DNA of 64,000 nucleotides from Candidatus Uhrbacteria bacterium (GTDB lineage Bacteria > Patescibacteriota > Patescibacteriia > GWA2-47-26): positions 228,778 to 292,777 of the forward strand of contig JACPJN010000007.1 in the NCBI GenBank assembly GCA_016187515.1. Reading direction: 5' to 3'. A program made the translations under genes and the position numbers. Below the pieces are notes generated by a model. It saw nothing but the letters and a program-made list of their open reading frames with translations. It did no database searches and was not told the DNA's origin. The stretch's first letter is position 1; the number at the start of each line of letters is the position of its first letter. Shown piece after piece: positions 1-10,229 of this stretch.

Positions 1-391
1 GAAATGTCTTTATTGCGCCCATAACTGTCTCAAAAGTAACGCGATGATCCGAATGAATATCGGATCGATTGGGAAGATAGATGGTTGTCGGTTGGACTTC
101 CTTCACCACTTTAGATACCGCGGCCATTAACTCCCGTCTCGGCACAGTATCAAGCATTGTAGTTGCATACTGCAGCGGAAATACCTTTTCAAAATGATAT
201 GCCTCTACCACTTTTTTAATCTCCTCCTCCCGTATGCTAATCTGCTCCGCGCTATAACCGACCACGGGCGACATCTTGGTCATTATCAACCAATACACCT
301 GATCCCCATGGCCCGCATGTTTTAAAAGTGTTCCTCCGCAACCAAGCGTTTCGTCGTCAGGATGAGGGGCTACTACGAGTATTGTGGCCAT
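1..391 (-). CDS. PIG-L/LmbE family deacetylase, N-terminal part only (gene runs off window start)
   Basis: Manual minus-strand translation from ATG at 391: MATILVVAPHPDDETLGCGGTLLKHAGHGDQVYWLIMTKMSPVVGYS... HPDDE and GCGG motifs of PIG-L/LmbE zinc deacetylases. Absent from ORF track because no stop lies inside the window. Confidence 0.6.
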   Translation of the reverse strand, partial: MATILVVAPHPDDETLGCGGTLLKHAGHGDQVYWLIMTKMSPVVGYSAEQISIREEEIKKVVEAYHFEKVFPLQYATTMLDTVPRRELMAAVSKVVKEVQPTTIYLPNRSDIHSDHRVTFETVMGAIKTF

Positions 392-404
392 ATAAGCGAT
401 TAAA

Positions 405-474
405 TCCCCCCTCTTTCCGCCCGAGGCGGATCCGCCTTGGGAGGAAAGGTAAGAGGGGTAGGGGGAGTTATGAG
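405..474. repeat. GC-rich palindromic element (family P), intergenic copy
   Basis: CCCCCCTCTTTCC...GGAAAGGTAAGAGGGGTAGGGGGAGTTATGAG. Shares the ...GGTAAGAGGGG(G)TAGGGGGAGTTATGAG tail with the copy at 19141..19226. Confidence 0.7.
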
Positions 475-1649
475 ATACCGACAAGATTCTTTTTAATTAG
501 CCATTGCTTATCGCTTAGATCTATTGATCGTAGCACATCTCTAATTTTTTCTGAAGTATAACCATTACCGAACGGATTTTTCAGTTCTGCCACTTTTGCC
601 CGATATTCTTCATCTGTGCATGCTTTGTGGATAGCCTGTGTGATACTTTGCAGATCATCCGGCACAAACTCAACATTTCCGGCATTTAATCGTCCCTGTT
701 GTCTATTTCCTACATTAACAACCGGAAGTTTATAAAATGGCGCCTCCAGAAGACCCATGCTGGAATTTCCAACAAGCGCTCTGGCGTGCCGCATAACATT
801 AACAAATATCTCCCGCTCAAGGTTTTTGTAAAATTTAATAAACGGCTTATCCTTATACGACTGAATCGCCTCTACAATGTCGTGCGCGCCCGGATCGGTA
901 TTGGGATGAATGGCCACTACTTTGTAGCCGGATTCTTTAGAGAATCTCTCCAGCGCTTGAAGATTAATATGCATTTGTCGTCCGGCATCCTGCCATTCTG
1001 AAGAAAGTGGATTTCGAATAAACACAACATAGTGTCCATCGGTAATATCAAATTTCAATATATTGCTTATCTCGCTTAAACTGCGCGCTGGGGTCGTCCG
1101 AATAGTATCTAAAGCCGGATCACCAACATTAAAAATCCGAAATTCTTCTTCACCAACCCGCTGCAAATTTTTTGCGTACGCGTCTGCCAGAGTAAAATGG
1201 ATGTGTGCCAATTTTGAAACCGCAAATCGTATGGGGTCGTCGGCATTCCCATATACCGGATCTCCTCCGCCAAGGTGCGCGACAGCGACATCCATATAAT
1301 TACCAACTAACGCGGCGGCGATACTCTCTTCTCTATCTCCGACCACAAAAATAACATCCGGCTTTTCTCTTTCCACTGTTTGCGCGAGCGCATAAGTCAA
1401 CATTCCAACCCCTTTGACGCGCTGGGTCGTCCGATTAGTCATTAACTGGCTATCGATTTTATCAACAACATGAAACCCGTCCGCTTCAATCTCCCGCAGA
1501 GTAAGTCCATGCCAGTCGGACAAATGCGCTCCGGAAACAACAACCCGAACGTCAAACTGCTCATCTTTCCGCAACGCATTAATGACTGGATATAGAATAT
1601 AATATTCGCTTCTGATGCCGGTTAACGCGAGAATTTTTTTTATTGCCAT
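468..1649 (-). CDS. UDP-N-acetylglucosamine 2-epimerase (NeuC/WecB family)
   Basis: 393 aa. ILALTGIRSEYYILYPV, DVRVVVSGAHLS and HLGGGD motifs of UDP-GlcNAc 2-epimerases. Lies in a cluster with a NeuB-type synthase. Confidence 0.85.
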   Translation of the reverse strand: MAIKKILALTGIRSEYYILYPVINALRKDEQFDVRVVVSGAHLSDWHGLTLREIEADGFHVVDKIDSQLMTNRTTQRVKGVGMLTYALAQTVEREKPDVIFVVGDREESIAAALVGNYMDVAVAHLGGGDPVYGNADDPIRFAVSKLAHIHFTLADAYAKNLQRVGEEEFRIFNVGDPALDTIRTTPARSLSEISNILKFDITDGHYVVFIRNPLSSEWQDAGRQMHINLQALERFSKESGYKVVAIHPNTDPGAHDIVEAIQSYKDKPFIKFYKNLEREIFVNVMRHARALVGNSSMGLLEAPFYKLPVVNVGNRQQGRLNAGNVEFVPDDLQSITQAIHKACTDEEYRAKVAELKNPFGNGYTSEKIRDVLRSIDLSDKQWLIKKNLVGIS

Positions 1650-2434
1650 AAATCATCTAATTCACTTTGATCCAATTCGGACTGGTCGGAAATGCCGCTC
1701 GGTATCTCTTGCGCACTCTCGGCGCCACTTTTTACGAGTTCTTCTCTTTGAATATTTCCTTCCATTAGAACTTCCAAACTCTTGCCGCCGCAATTGAATA
1801 GCAGATCGACAATGCTTAATTTCGAGACGAACTCTCCCCACTGTTGAGGATACTTTGGGTAATGATAGTCCTGAAAATACGGCTGGACGCCTGCGCCCTT
1901 GAAATCTTTTGTCTTGACATACCGCTTTCCAAACGCGCCAAAAATATAGGCATCGGCTCCAAGCTTTTTACACATATCCAGCACCAGCTCTGACCCTTTA
2001 CCCTCAAAATGCATTTCCGAGGCCTTAGAATACCTAACCTTGATATCAAGTTCTTTTAAAAACCAAAGTAGTATGTAGTCCGTCAGCTCTGAAAAATATT
2101 TCCAGTCGCGCTTATATACATCTTCAAAAAAATCAGCATAACTGCTCCAGAACGGAGCATGTTTGTAACTAACCATGAGCGACCTAAAATGTTTTGACCG
2201 CCAATCCGTTGAATTATCTATCTCCATCTGCCAGAGCTGTTTTTCTCTGTAACCGTGAGTTAATAGTGGTACCGTGAGAAAACAAGTCCCCTGCGCGGTT
2301 TTGATCGTATTTCTATTAAACCCGCGCCGCCGATACTGCGCAATATCGAAGGAACAAAACGCGTCGCTCAAAGCAATCTTGTGGAAAAACGCGAGCCAGG
2401 GAAGATAAGTTGGCTGATGCGCGGTAAGTATCAT
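1640..2434 (-). CDS. WbqC-like family protein (glycan-cluster protein of unknown function)
   Basis: 264 aa. N-terminus MILTAHQPTYLPWLAFFHKIA fits the WbqC-like family. Overlaps its neighbour by 10 nt (operon). C-terminal SELDQSELD direct repeat. Confidence 0.6.
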   Translation of the reverse strand: MILTAHQPTYLPWLAFFHKIALSDAFCSFDIAQYRRRGFNRNTIKTAQGTCFLTVPLLTHGYREKQLWQMEIDNSTDWRSKHFRSLMVSYKHAPFWSSYADFFEDVYKRDWKYFSELTDYILLWFLKELDIKVRYSKASEMHFEGKGSELVLDMCKKLGADAYIFGAFGKRYVKTKDFKGAGVQPYFQDYHYPKYPQQWGEFVSKLSIVDLLFNCGGKSLEVLMEGNIQREELVKSGAESAQEIPSGISDQSELDQSELDDLWQ

Positions 2435-3561
2435 AGTATTGCATCCTTAAACTGTCCGGCTATAAAGCGGGCTGCATCTTTACTAATCCCGAGATGAATC
2501 GGCAGGCAGATATGGCGCTGTGCCCGACTCTCCGCGTTTAGATATTGGCCGGCTTTTGTGCCATACATCCTCTGAAATGCCGGCTGAAGATGAATAAGCG
2601 GCTGATAAGGCCAGTCAATAACAATGTCTTTTTCTTTCATTCTTTCCCGCACCTTATCACGATTAACGCCGGATTGCAAGAATACAATAAACCGCCAGTA
2701 GGAATGCCGCACTGCATCTGGAAACTGCGAAAATGTAATCCGACCTTCTTTTTCAAACGAGCGCAATTCTTCTTGATATATTCGGGCAATCATATTGCGA
2801 TGCGCCACAAACTCATCCAGCCGTTTGAGCTGAAAGCGTCCTAAAATTCCTTGGAATTCCGTCATGCGCCGATTGCCGCCTATTTCTGAATACTGCTCAA
2901 GGGGCGCATCCACATCAATTCCGAGATGAATTAAACTACGGCACAGTTTCGCGACTGCCTCATTATTAGTCGTAATCATTCCGCCATCACCGGTGGTTAT
3001 TACTTTGGTAGAAAAAAAAGAAAAACATCCGGCGTCTCCGATCGCGCCGGCGCGCACGCCATTGATTTCCGCTCCGGACGCGTGCGCCGCGTCCTCAATC
3101 AATAATATATTACGCTCCTTAAGATAATCACGGATCGCAAAAATTTCTGGATGAATCAGTCCGGCAAAATGCACCATCACCACGGCTTTGGTCGCCGCGG
3201 TAATCTTTGCTTTCAAATCTTCAAACGAGAGAAGGAAATTATCATCCGTGTCGCAAAATATCGGACGGGCGCCAACCATAACCGCGCTTGAAGCGCTTGA
3301 AAAAAACGTCTGCACCGGAACAATTACCTCGTCTCCTGTTCCAATGCCATACGCACGCAACACGACTTCCAGCGCCGAGGTGCAAGAATTAGCAGCTACG
3401 GCATGCCGCACTCCGGTGTACGCGGCAAATTCCTTTTCAAATTCTTTTACCTGCGGGCCCTTGGTAAGCATTCCTTCGCCGGCAAGAATATTCTTGAATT
3501 CGCTTAAAATTCGTTCAATATCTTCTTTCGGGAAATAAGGAAACGCGGAATTATATTTCAT
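2431..3561 (-). CDS. DegT/DnrJ/EryC1/StrS family PLP-dependent sugar aminotransferase
   Basis: 376 aa. GDEVIVPVQTFFSSASSAV and FSFFSTKVITTGDGGMITTN segments typical of sugar-nucleotide aminotransferases (PseC/LegC/PglE-like). 4-nt overlaps on both sides. Confidence 0.85.
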   Translation of the reverse strand: MKYNSAFPYFPKEDIERILSEFKNILAGEGMLTKGPQVKEFEKEFAAYTGVRHAVAANSCTSALEVVLRAYGIGTGDEVIVPVQTFFSSASSAVMVGARPIFCDTDDNFLLSFEDLKAKITAATKAVVMVHFAGLIHPEIFAIRDYLKERNILLIEDAAHASGAEINGVRAGAIGDAGCFSFFSTKVITTGDGGMITTNNEAVAKLCRSLIHLGIDVDAPLEQYSEIGGNRRMTEFQGILGRFQLKRLDEFVAHRNMIARIYQEELRSFEKEGRITFSQFPDAVRHSYWRFIVFLQSGVNRDKVRERMKEKDIVIDWPYQPLIHLQPAFQRMYGTKAGQYLNAESRAQRHICLPIHLGISKDAARFIAGQFKDAIL

Positions 3562-4493
3562 ACAGGCGCGGGCATGCTCTCAATATATTTTTTTATGCCA
3601 TCTTCTAAAGTCATCGGACTAAAACCTAACCGCTGTTTTATTTTTCCAATATTCATATTTACATCCCAAGGAGGGGAAGATGGCTTGTCAATCAATACCA
3701 CCTTGGATGATGAATGTAAATAATCTCTTACATATTCTGCGATCCTGGCCATCGGCAAAGAATTGGCGCTTCCAACAAGAAATATCTCAAACGGCGTGAG
3801 AATCTCCTTTTTCTCGGCAACTCTGCACAGTGCGTCAATCGCGTCGTCAACATAAAGCGCGTTGCGAAGCGTCTCGCCACGACCGTAGACCTCAATCGGC
3901 TTTGCTTCTTTAGCCAGCTGATAGTAGGTATAGATCATCCCGCCCAAATGATTACGGCCGAAAAGCGATGGAAAACGCACTACCGTTGCCTGCACATTCG
4001 TTCGCTGCAGTTCAATCTCAATCAGCCGTTCGGCAATATATTTTGTAAGACCGTAATAATTGCTGGGGACAGCAGGCACATCTTCACTAAGCTCCTTATC
4101 AAAAACACCGCATACGGCAATGGTTGAGACATAAATGAGCTGACTGGCGGATTGTTTGGCTAGTGTGATGACATTACGCGTGGTTGAAACATTGCCTTTG
4201 TAAAAATCGTCAAAACTAAGTGCGGGCGAAGATGGCTGCTGGGCGGCAAGGTGAAAAATGGTCTCAATCTTATACTCTGAAAGCGCGGCGGTAACGTCTT
4301 GTGTGAGGTCGAGTTTACGCAAAATAAATTGGGGATCTTTTACTGCCCTAGCTGATAAAAATCCTTGGTCGCGCCGGCCAATGCCAATCACCCGCTTGCC
4401 ACGATCAAGAAGCGCCCCCGTAAGCGCGCTCCCTAAAAATCCGGTTGCTCCTGTAACCAGATATGTTTGCATACTAACTTGATTTTCTCGCAT
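3558..4493 (-). CDS. NAD-dependent epimerase/dehydratase (SDR) family protein
   Basis: 311 aa. Rossmann motif LVTGATGFLGSAL. True start may be the internal Met MQTYLV at 4472. Confidence 0.75.
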   Translation of the reverse strand: MRENQVSMQTYLVTGATGFLGSALTGALLDRGKRVIGIGRRDQGFLSARAVKDPQFILRKLDLTQDVTAALSEYKIETIFHLAAQQPSSPALSFDDFYKGNVSTTRNVITLAKQSASQLIYVSTIAVCGVFDKELSEDVPAVPSNYYGLTKYIAERLIEIELQRTNVQATVVRFPSLFGRNHLGGMIYTYYQLAKEAKPIEVYGRGETLRNALYVDDAIDALCRVAEKKEILTPFEIFLVGSANSLPMARIAEYVRDYLHSSSKVVLIDKPSSPPWDVNMNIGKIKQRLGFSPMTLEDGIKKYIESMPAPV

Positions 4494-5340
4494 TAATCAC
4501 AAGCGCGAACCCTGCCCATTGTCCAATCGCGCGCTCAAAACTGCTGGGGAGTATGACATCGGCGTCTCCTAAATGCACTCTGTGCCGTTTCCATACATGA
4601 TAAATTCCCGGAAACAGATCAGGCCAGTGAAAAGAATGTTTGCGCAAACTTACAATTTGAAATTTATTAAACAGCTGTTTCATCTGCCGGCCGGAATACA
4701 CTTTCGTCATTGGGTTTAATCTTTCTTCCTTTGTATGCCAAGCCAGTTCAGTAGTGTGCCCGAGCCAGTTGCGGCCATGCCGAAAAATTCCGCCGAGAAT
4801 AATTCCGCGCACCAAAAGTAAACTCACCAGATACTGAAAAGACCACTTTGCGTAGAGCATGACGACCGCATGTCCGCCCGGTTTGAGCACGCGATGTATT
4901 TCATCCACTGCCTTTTGAGTATTGGGCGTATGATGCAAAACGCCACTTGAAAACACTATATCAAAACTATTATCGGGAAACGGTAAATTCTCCGCGTCGG
5001 CCTGTACCGCGTTTCCGGCAAGACCGAGTAGTTCAAATTTCGCTTTAGTAATAGCGACCGCCTCATCCGTTAAATCCGAAGCGGTTACCTGCGCCCCATC
5101 CAGCGCAAAAATTATACTGCTCGTTCCTGCTCCGCAACCGACCTCTAACACTGTCTTATCACGCAGTCCGATATCCTTCATCTCGCGCACCTGTTCACTT
5201 TCTTGCATTTCCAGGAGCATCCGGATTGCGCCAAGTTCTTGAAGGTATCGCTCTTTGGTTTTAGTACTTCCATCATCTCGTCCGCGCTTTTCCCATCCTT
5301 TACCCCAAAATTCCTTCATTTCTTGTTTGAATGTATTCAT
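4474..5340 (-). CDS. class I SAM-dependent methyltransferase
   Basis: 288 aa. SAM-binding motif VLEVGCGAGTSS and DIVFSSGVLHH. Confidence 0.75.
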   Translation of the reverse strand: MNTFKQEMKEFWGKGWEKRGRDDGSTKTKERYLQELGAIRMLLEMQESEQVREMKDIGLRDKTVLEVGCGAGTSSIIFALDGAQVTASDLTDEAVAITKAKFELLGLAGNAVQADAENLPFPDNSFDIVFSSGVLHHTPNTQKAVDEIHRVLKPGGHAVVMLYAKWSFQYLVSLLLVRGIILGGIFRHGRNWLGHTTELAWHTKEERLNPMTKVYSGRQMKQLFNKFQIVSLRKHSFHWPDLFPGIYHVWKRHRVHLGDADVILPSSFERAIGQWAGFALVINARKSS

Positions 5341-5346
5341 ACCCGC

Positions 5347-5622
5347 CTAAGTTTTTGCACTTAATAAGTAGTGCTTTAATGCTTTATGCATATATCGGCG
5401 ACCCCAGCCAGTCTTAAAAAATTTCTCCCTTTGTTCGGCATCTTTTCGATGGGGATAAGCTTCATAGTAAATAAGCATAAATGGGGTGCGTGTTTTAGTG
5501 GCAAACGATAGTTTAGCATTATGTTCTCGTATTCTTTTCCGTAAATTATCCGTACATCCTATGTAGAATTTACCATCTTTGAGACTTCGTAGAATATACA
5601 CATACGAGAACATACGGTGCAA
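5347..5622 (-). CDS. GIY-YIG nuclease family small protein
   Basis: 91 aa. YVYILRSLKDGKFYIGCTDNLRKRIREHN is the GIY-YIG motif. Embedded inside the sugar operon. Confidence 0.7.
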   Translation of the reverse strand: MHRMFSYVYILRSLKDGKFYIGCTDNLRKRIREHNAKLSFATKTRTPFMLIYYEAYPHRKDAEQREKFFKTGWGRRYMHKALKHYLLSAKT

Positions 5623-5626
5623 AAAT

Positions 5627-7012
5627 TTAGGCGGGCGTACAAAAAGTCCTCACCTGCGGGTGATCTTTTGCTTCCTGCTCCATCTTATCAAGAGTCGCGT
5701 CAACCCGCGAATCTTTTAAACGATAAAAATCCCGCAAGGTGCGAAAATTACCGCGTTTATAAAAGCGATATTGATTCCTGAAATAATATGCAAGCGGCGC
5801 CAGCCATAGCGGCACTTTATGAGGAATAGGAAGGGCTTCTTTCCAAGTATCATTTTGGACTTCTTTAAAGTCAGCTAAATCCTTAAGCACATCATCCGCT
5901 ATAACTTCATGCGCGGCTTTTTGATAAGGCCAATTATAGAGATCGCTTAAAAGTCCTGCAACTTCTTCTTTTGATCTTGGCGCAACCGACAACTTCCCGT
6001 CCTGCGCGGCGCGGATTTGATCAAATAATTCGTCTTCGGTTTTCGGTAAATGAAAAGAGGCCACGAATTTTTCAAATCCGCCGGCAACTTTATCAACATG
6101 GCGAAACAAATGCTCCTGATCCATAGTCCCCACAATCGAGACCACTGGAATACCTTCAATATACGCCTCCAGCCCGGTTGTTGACCAAGAAGTCATGAGT
6201 AGATCAATTCTAGATAACCACTCCGATAGCGGCACATTTAACATCACTTTAACCCGCTTGGGGTAGCGCTTTTGCAAAAACATATATTCTTTTTCATCCT
6301 CAAACGGACTTGGCCGGAAAATAACCTTTCCGGGAAAATCTTCAAGAAAACGCTTTAAATATCGCATCGACAGTCGCAGTGTTGCCTGATCAAGCCAGCA
6401 CATATCTTCAAAATGCCGGCGTGGAGGCAACCAAGTAAAGGTTAAGTCCTTGTGAAAATCAAAAAGGGTTTGCGCGTAATGCGGTTCGCCATAGTAGGCG
6501 CTGGTGGTTTTTGCGGAAAATGCCACGCCAAGGGTAAATTCTTTTGAATCCTTCGGTAGTGTGCGCGTCCGCACATGGTGGCGATAAACATCCAGCCGGG
6601 GACTGCCCGCCACCGTCAGCTGATCTTCTCGAAACATGCCGGTTTCCAAAAGCGAATTACGAACATAGTCACTCCAAACATAACACCGGCGTACCCAGTC
6701 AACAGAATCAATGTGTTCGTAAGGATCTCCCTTAAAAACCGCCAGCATGCTTTCCTTAGTAAGATAGGCGCCCTCGGCCGGAAATACATAAATACGGGAG
6801 CACTTTGCCGCTGGCTTGGCAAAGTGCATGTTGGCCCGGTTGGCCATCACGCCGTGCGGTTTAAACCGCCGTAGATTCGGCACCATGTCCAAAAGCGTGG
6901 ATAGCCGCGCATCCGCTCCTTTTTTTAAAAACGCGCGCTGAAGCATGCGGGTCGCGATAAAATCCCGGCGAGCATTATCCGCGACTAAAAGAATTCTTTT
7001 TTTCATAGGCAA
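5627..7012 (-). CDS. hypothetical protein, possibly a glycosyl/nonulosonic-acid transferase or capsule-type polysaccharide biosynthesis protein
   Basis: 461 aa with no motif I can name with certainty. Operon context between sugar-modifying enzymes and the NeuB-type synthase. LLMTSWSTTGLEAYIEGIPVV weakly resembles the C-terminal region of TagB/TagF- or KpsC-like transferases. Confidence 0.35.
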   Translation of the reverse strand: MPMKKRILLVADNARRDFIATRMLQRAFLKKGADARLSTLLDMVPNLRRFKPHGVMANRANMHFAKPAAKCSRIYVFPAEGAYLTKESMLAVFKGDPYEHIDSVDWVRRCYVWSDYVRNSLLETGMFREDQLTVAGSPRLDVYRHHVRTRTLPKDSKEFTLGVAFSAKTTSAYYGEPHYAQTLFDFHKDLTFTWLPPRRHFEDMCWLDQATLRLSMRYLKRFLEDFPGKVIFRPSPFEDEKEYMFLQKRYPKRVKVMLNVPLSEWLSRIDLLMTSWSTTGLEAYIEGIPVVSIVGTMDQEHLFRHVDKVAGGFEKFVASFHLPKTEDELFDQIRAAQDGKLSVAPRSKEEVAGLLSDLYNWPYQKAAHEVIADDVLKDLADFKEVQNDTWKEALPIPHKVPLWLAPLAYYFRNQYRFYKRGNFRTLRDFYRLKDSRVDATLDKMEQEAKDHPQVRTFCTPA

Positions 7013-7018
7013 TTCAAT

Positions 7019-8017
7019 CTAAACATTGTAGATGTCATTTTTATAACGACTAAAATTTTCTGTTTTACGAAACCACTCAATAGTCCGGCGCAGTCCTTCT
7101 TGCAGAGTAACCTTCGGCGTCCACCCGGTCAATTCCTTGATAAGACGGCTATCGCATACGAGCCGCTCCACCTCGCTTCGCTCCGGACGCTGACGCACAT
7201 CGTCTTTTGCAATCATCACCTGAACCCCCATCAGTTCAAATATTTGTTTTGCAAGATCGCCAATCGAAATCTCCGTGCTTGATCCAATATTAACCTCTTT
7301 ACCCACTGCGCCATCGCAACTTCCAAGGGCCACTAACCCCCGACAGGTATCCTCAACATAGTTGAAGTCCCTGGTCGGAGTAAGCGAGCCAAGCTTGATC
7401 TCTTGTAAACCCGCGAGCACCTGGGTCACAATCGTAGGGATCACCGCGCGGGCTGATTGACGCGGACCATAAGTGTTAAACGGACGCGCAATCACCACAG
7501 GAGTTCCAAACGAACAGTAAAACGACTCGGCAAGACGATCTGCTCCCAGTTTCGCCGCGGCATACGGCGATTGCGTCTGAAACGGATGACGCTCGTCGAT
7601 TGGAACATATCGCGCGGTTCCATACACTTCGGAAGTGGACACAATGACAACGCGAGGTGTATTTAATTCACGACACGCCTGCAATACATTAAGCGCGCCT
7701 TTTACATTAGTGTCCACAAACGCATCGGGAGAATGATAAGAAAAAGGGATCGCAATAAGCGAAGCCAGGTGAAATACCGCGTCAACTCCCCTGACGGCGG
7801 CGCGGACCCCGTGCGGATCACGGATATCTCCGGCCACAACTTCTACTTGAGACAATATCTCCTTGGATAGCGTATCCAGCCAACCCCATGAATTAAAGGA
7901 GTTATAAAACACGAATGCGCGTACCCGACATCCTTCTTGGAGCAGATGTTCAACTAAGTGGCTCCCGATAAAACCGTCCGCGCCCGTAACGAGCACATTT
8001 TTCCCCTTGAGTTCCAT
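7019..8017 (-). CDS. NAD-dependent sugar-nucleotide dehydratase/epimerase (SDR)
   Basis: ORF 7019..8047. Probable start MELKGKNVLVTGADGFIGSHLVEHLL at 8017. Y-x3-K catalytic motif present (SPYAAAKLGAD). Confidence 0.8.
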   Translation of the reverse strand: MELKGKNVLVTGADGFIGSHLVEHLLQEGCRVRAFVFYNSFNSWGWLDTLSKEILSQVEVVAGDIRDPHGVRAAVRGVDAVFHLASLIAIPFSYHSPDAFVDTNVKGALNVLQACRELNTPRVVIVSTSEVYGTARYVPIDERHPFQTQSPYAAAKLGADRLAESFYCSFGTPVVIARPFNTYGPRQSARAVIPTIVTQVLAGLQEIKLGSLTPTRDFNYVEDTCRGLVALGSCDGAVGKEVNIGSSTEISIGDLAKQIFELMGVQVMIAKDDVRQRPERSEVERLVCDSRLIKELTGWTPKVTLQEGLRRTIEWFRKTENFSRYKNDIYNV

Positions 8018-8091
8018 AGATTTTACATTGTACTCCCTTCTAAACAAAAAGCAAGGGGGTATGCTCGTCAGAACAATACCCCATGGAACCG

Positions 8092-9093
8092 CTATACCTC
8101 GATCAATTCGTCAGCCCGGAAATCCCGCCTGGACTTTTGCCCAAGCACCCGATCCCACTGCATCGCGCTTATCCCGCTTCCCGGACGCTTGGTGGTCAGA
8201 TTATCTTCACTAAACATTTCGCCAGCGGCAATGTCGCGGGAAGCCACGATACTTTTACGACCAACTGCTTTAAGTACCAGCTCGCGCTCGGTCGGACGCT
8301 TTACTCCATCACCAAGTGCGGATTCCACATTGCGAATCGCGGCCACCATGGCGCTAAGTTCATCGGGTTCAAGCGAGGCCTTGTGATCCGGGCCCGGCAT
8401 ATTGCGATCCAGTGTAAAGTGTTTTTCAATCACGCTCGCGCCGAGCGCCACTGCCGCAATCGGAATCTCAATGCCTGGGGTGTGATCCGAGTAACCCACC
8501 TTAACACCTAAGGCGTCGCGCATAGTTAGCATCGCGCGCAAATTTACATCTTGCATTTGAGTCGGATAATCCGTATGGCAATGGAGCACTGTGATTTTCC
8601 CTTTTGGTGTGCCTGCCTGCACGAGCACATTTAGCGCCGCCTCCACTTCGTCCATGTTTGCCATACCGGTTGACATAATCACCTCACGTCCAAGCCCACC
8701 GATTTTGCGCAGAAGGGGAAGATTAGTAATTTCGCCAGAAGCAATCTTAAACACCGACATCCCAAGTCCTGCGAGAAAATCCACACTCTCCAGATCAAAC
8801 GGTGTGGACATAAACATGATGCCGGTCTGCGCGCAGTACGCAACAAGTTCGCGATGCGCTTCCGCGGACAACTCCAGTGCGCGCAACATCTCTGCCTGCG
8901 ATTCGTTCGTGCCGGTATTTTCTATCTGATACCCGGCTTTTACTGCGCTGGCTATTACCAACTGGTCCGCGCGGAAGGTCTGAAATTTCACCGCATCAGC
9001 GCCCGCGTCAACCGCCGCATCAACCAATTTTTTGGCAATTTCAAGATCGCCATTATGATTTACTCCGGCCTCGGCAATGATAAAGGTATGCAT
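8092..9093 (-). CDS. N-acetylneuraminate synthase family (NeuB/LegI/PseI) nonulosonic acid synthase
   Basis: ORF 8092..9138. Probable start MHTFIIAEAGVNHNGDLEIAKKLVDAAVDAGADAVKFQTF, the NeuB TIM-barrel N-terminus. C-terminal SAF domain (KRPGSGISAMQWDRVLG). Confidence 0.9.
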   Translation of the reverse strand: MHTFIIAEAGVNHNGDLEIAKKLVDAAVDAGADAVKFQTFRADQLVIASAVKAGYQIENTGTNESQAEMLRALELSAEAHRELVAYCAQTGIMFMSTPFDLESVDFLAGLGMSVFKIASGEITNLPLLRKIGGLGREVIMSTGMANMDEVEAALNVLVQAGTPKGKITVLHCHTDYPTQMQDVNLRAMLTMRDALGVKVGYSDHTPGIEIPIAAVALGASVIEKHFTLDRNMPGPDHKASLEPDELSAMVAAIRNVESALGDGVKRPTERELVLKAVGRKSIVASRDIAAGEMFSEDNLTTKRPGSGISAMQWDRVLGQKSRRDFRADELIEV

Positions 9094-9149
9094 AATAGAT
9101 GACCAGTATATCAGAAGCAAACGCGCGCGGCAAGGCACTGATCATCAAA

Positions 9150-9186
9150 GAAAAAAGTCCTACCCCGGATGGCCGGAAATAGGACT
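9150..9186 (-). terminator. rho-independent terminator of the GC-islet gene
   Basis: Minus-strand reads AGTCCTATTTCCGGCCATCCGGGGTAGGACT followed by TTTTTT. 7-bp stem AGTCCTA/TAGGACT. Confidence 0.55.
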
Positions 9187-9230
9187 GCTGACCTGGATCA
9201 GCTAGGAAAAAGGTTCATCGAGCAGAGGGA

Positions 9231-10229
9231 CTACAGGGTCTGGAGCAGGCGCGCCGCCACGGCCATCGGCACTCCGCCATCCACCCCGGTCCAGCTCGTC
9301 ACCTCGGTCAAGACCGCGCGGGCCTCGTCCGTTCTGCCGAGCGACTTGAGCGCCCGGGCCTTGTGGAGCTTGAGCGAGAGCACCACGTTGGCAAACGAGG
9401 TCAGGGTTACCTCCGGAGCAACGAGCGCCGCGTCCGCCGCCGCGATCTGCGTTTCCGGATCGGCGATCTCGGAGACCTGGAACAGCCGCTTCCAGCTAGC
9501 GTACGCCGTCGGGAAGGTACCGCTCCGCAGCTCGTTCCGATCGTCCTCGCGTTCGAGGTAGTCCCGCTCGGCCAAGAGGTGCGCGAACCAGATGTGCCAG
9601 GTCGCGTTCTCCTGCATCCAGAGCGGGTACTTCTCGGTCGTGGCGCGCACAAGCTCCCGCATCTGCCGCAGGTGGGCGAGCTGTACCGCGATCTCCGGGG
9701 AGCTGTCGCGCGTGATGGAGTCGGAGGTGTACTCGACCGCGACCAGGAAAAGGCCAACCGGCGCCTTCTCCTGCCGTCCGGCCGCCATGAAGTAGTTGGC
9801 CGAGGCGAGCTGGGAGTTTCCGGCCTCGCGGTAATGCCGCAAACCGCGAAGCACGATCCCGAGGTTGTAGCAGACGCTCGCTCCCAGCAGGTACTTGAAC
9901 TGACCGGACGGGAGATCCTGGATCAGGTCGTCCCTGATCCGGGCGTACGCCGTGGCTACGGTGTTGTGATCCGCGGCGTTGGGCGGGCGTCGGCGGCCAT
10001 TCCACTCCTCGACCCGGCAGGCGAGCCGCATTGCCGGATCGGTCGTGCGGTTGGAGGCGAGCTCAAACAGGTGGGCGTAGCGGGCCGGATCTTGCGGCGC
10101 GCCGTTTCTGCCGGAAAGCAAATCGCCCACCGGATGACCCATGAAGAAGTCCGCTCCCAACGGCTCGGCGACCAACCTGGCCGCGAGCGCTTCGTCAGAT
10201 GCTGTCCAATCCCAGGGTGTCGAATCCAT
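9231..10229 (-). CDS. hypothetical protein encoded on a GC-rich islet
   Basis: 332 aa minus-strand ORF with balanced composition. Local GC far above flanking genes. Overlapping plus-strand ORFs (9363..10277 and others) are Arg-rich antisense artefacts. Own hairpin + T-run terminator downstream (9150..9186). Confidence 0.5.
   Translation of the reverse strand: MDSTPWDWTASDEALAARLVAEPLGADFFMGHPVGDLLSGRNGAPQDPARYAHLFELASNRTTDPAMRLACRVEEWNGRRRPPNAADHNTVATAYARIRDDLIQDLPSGQFKYLLGASVCYNLGIVLRGLRHYREAGNSQLASANYFMAAGRQEKAPVGLFLVAVEYTSDSITRDSSPEIAVQLAHLRQMRELVRATTEKYPLWMQENATWHIWFAHLLAERDYLEREDDRNELRSGTFPTAYASWKRLFQVSEIADPETQIAAADAALVAPEVTLTSFANVVLSLKLHKARALKSLGRTDEARAVLTEVTSWTGVDGGVPMAVAARLLQTL

Noticed and set aside
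1816-2049. 77-aa ORF inside the WbqC-like gene and similar short nested ORFs in the sugar operon (699..1001, 1063..1299, 2545..2844, 3188..3538)
   Set aside because: Nested in well-supported longer genes on the opposite strand or frame.
5947-6874. Small ORFs nested in 5627..7012 (5947..6159, 6544..6735, 6575..6874, 6616..6822)
   Set aside because: Overlap the long 461-aa frame and lack independent signals.
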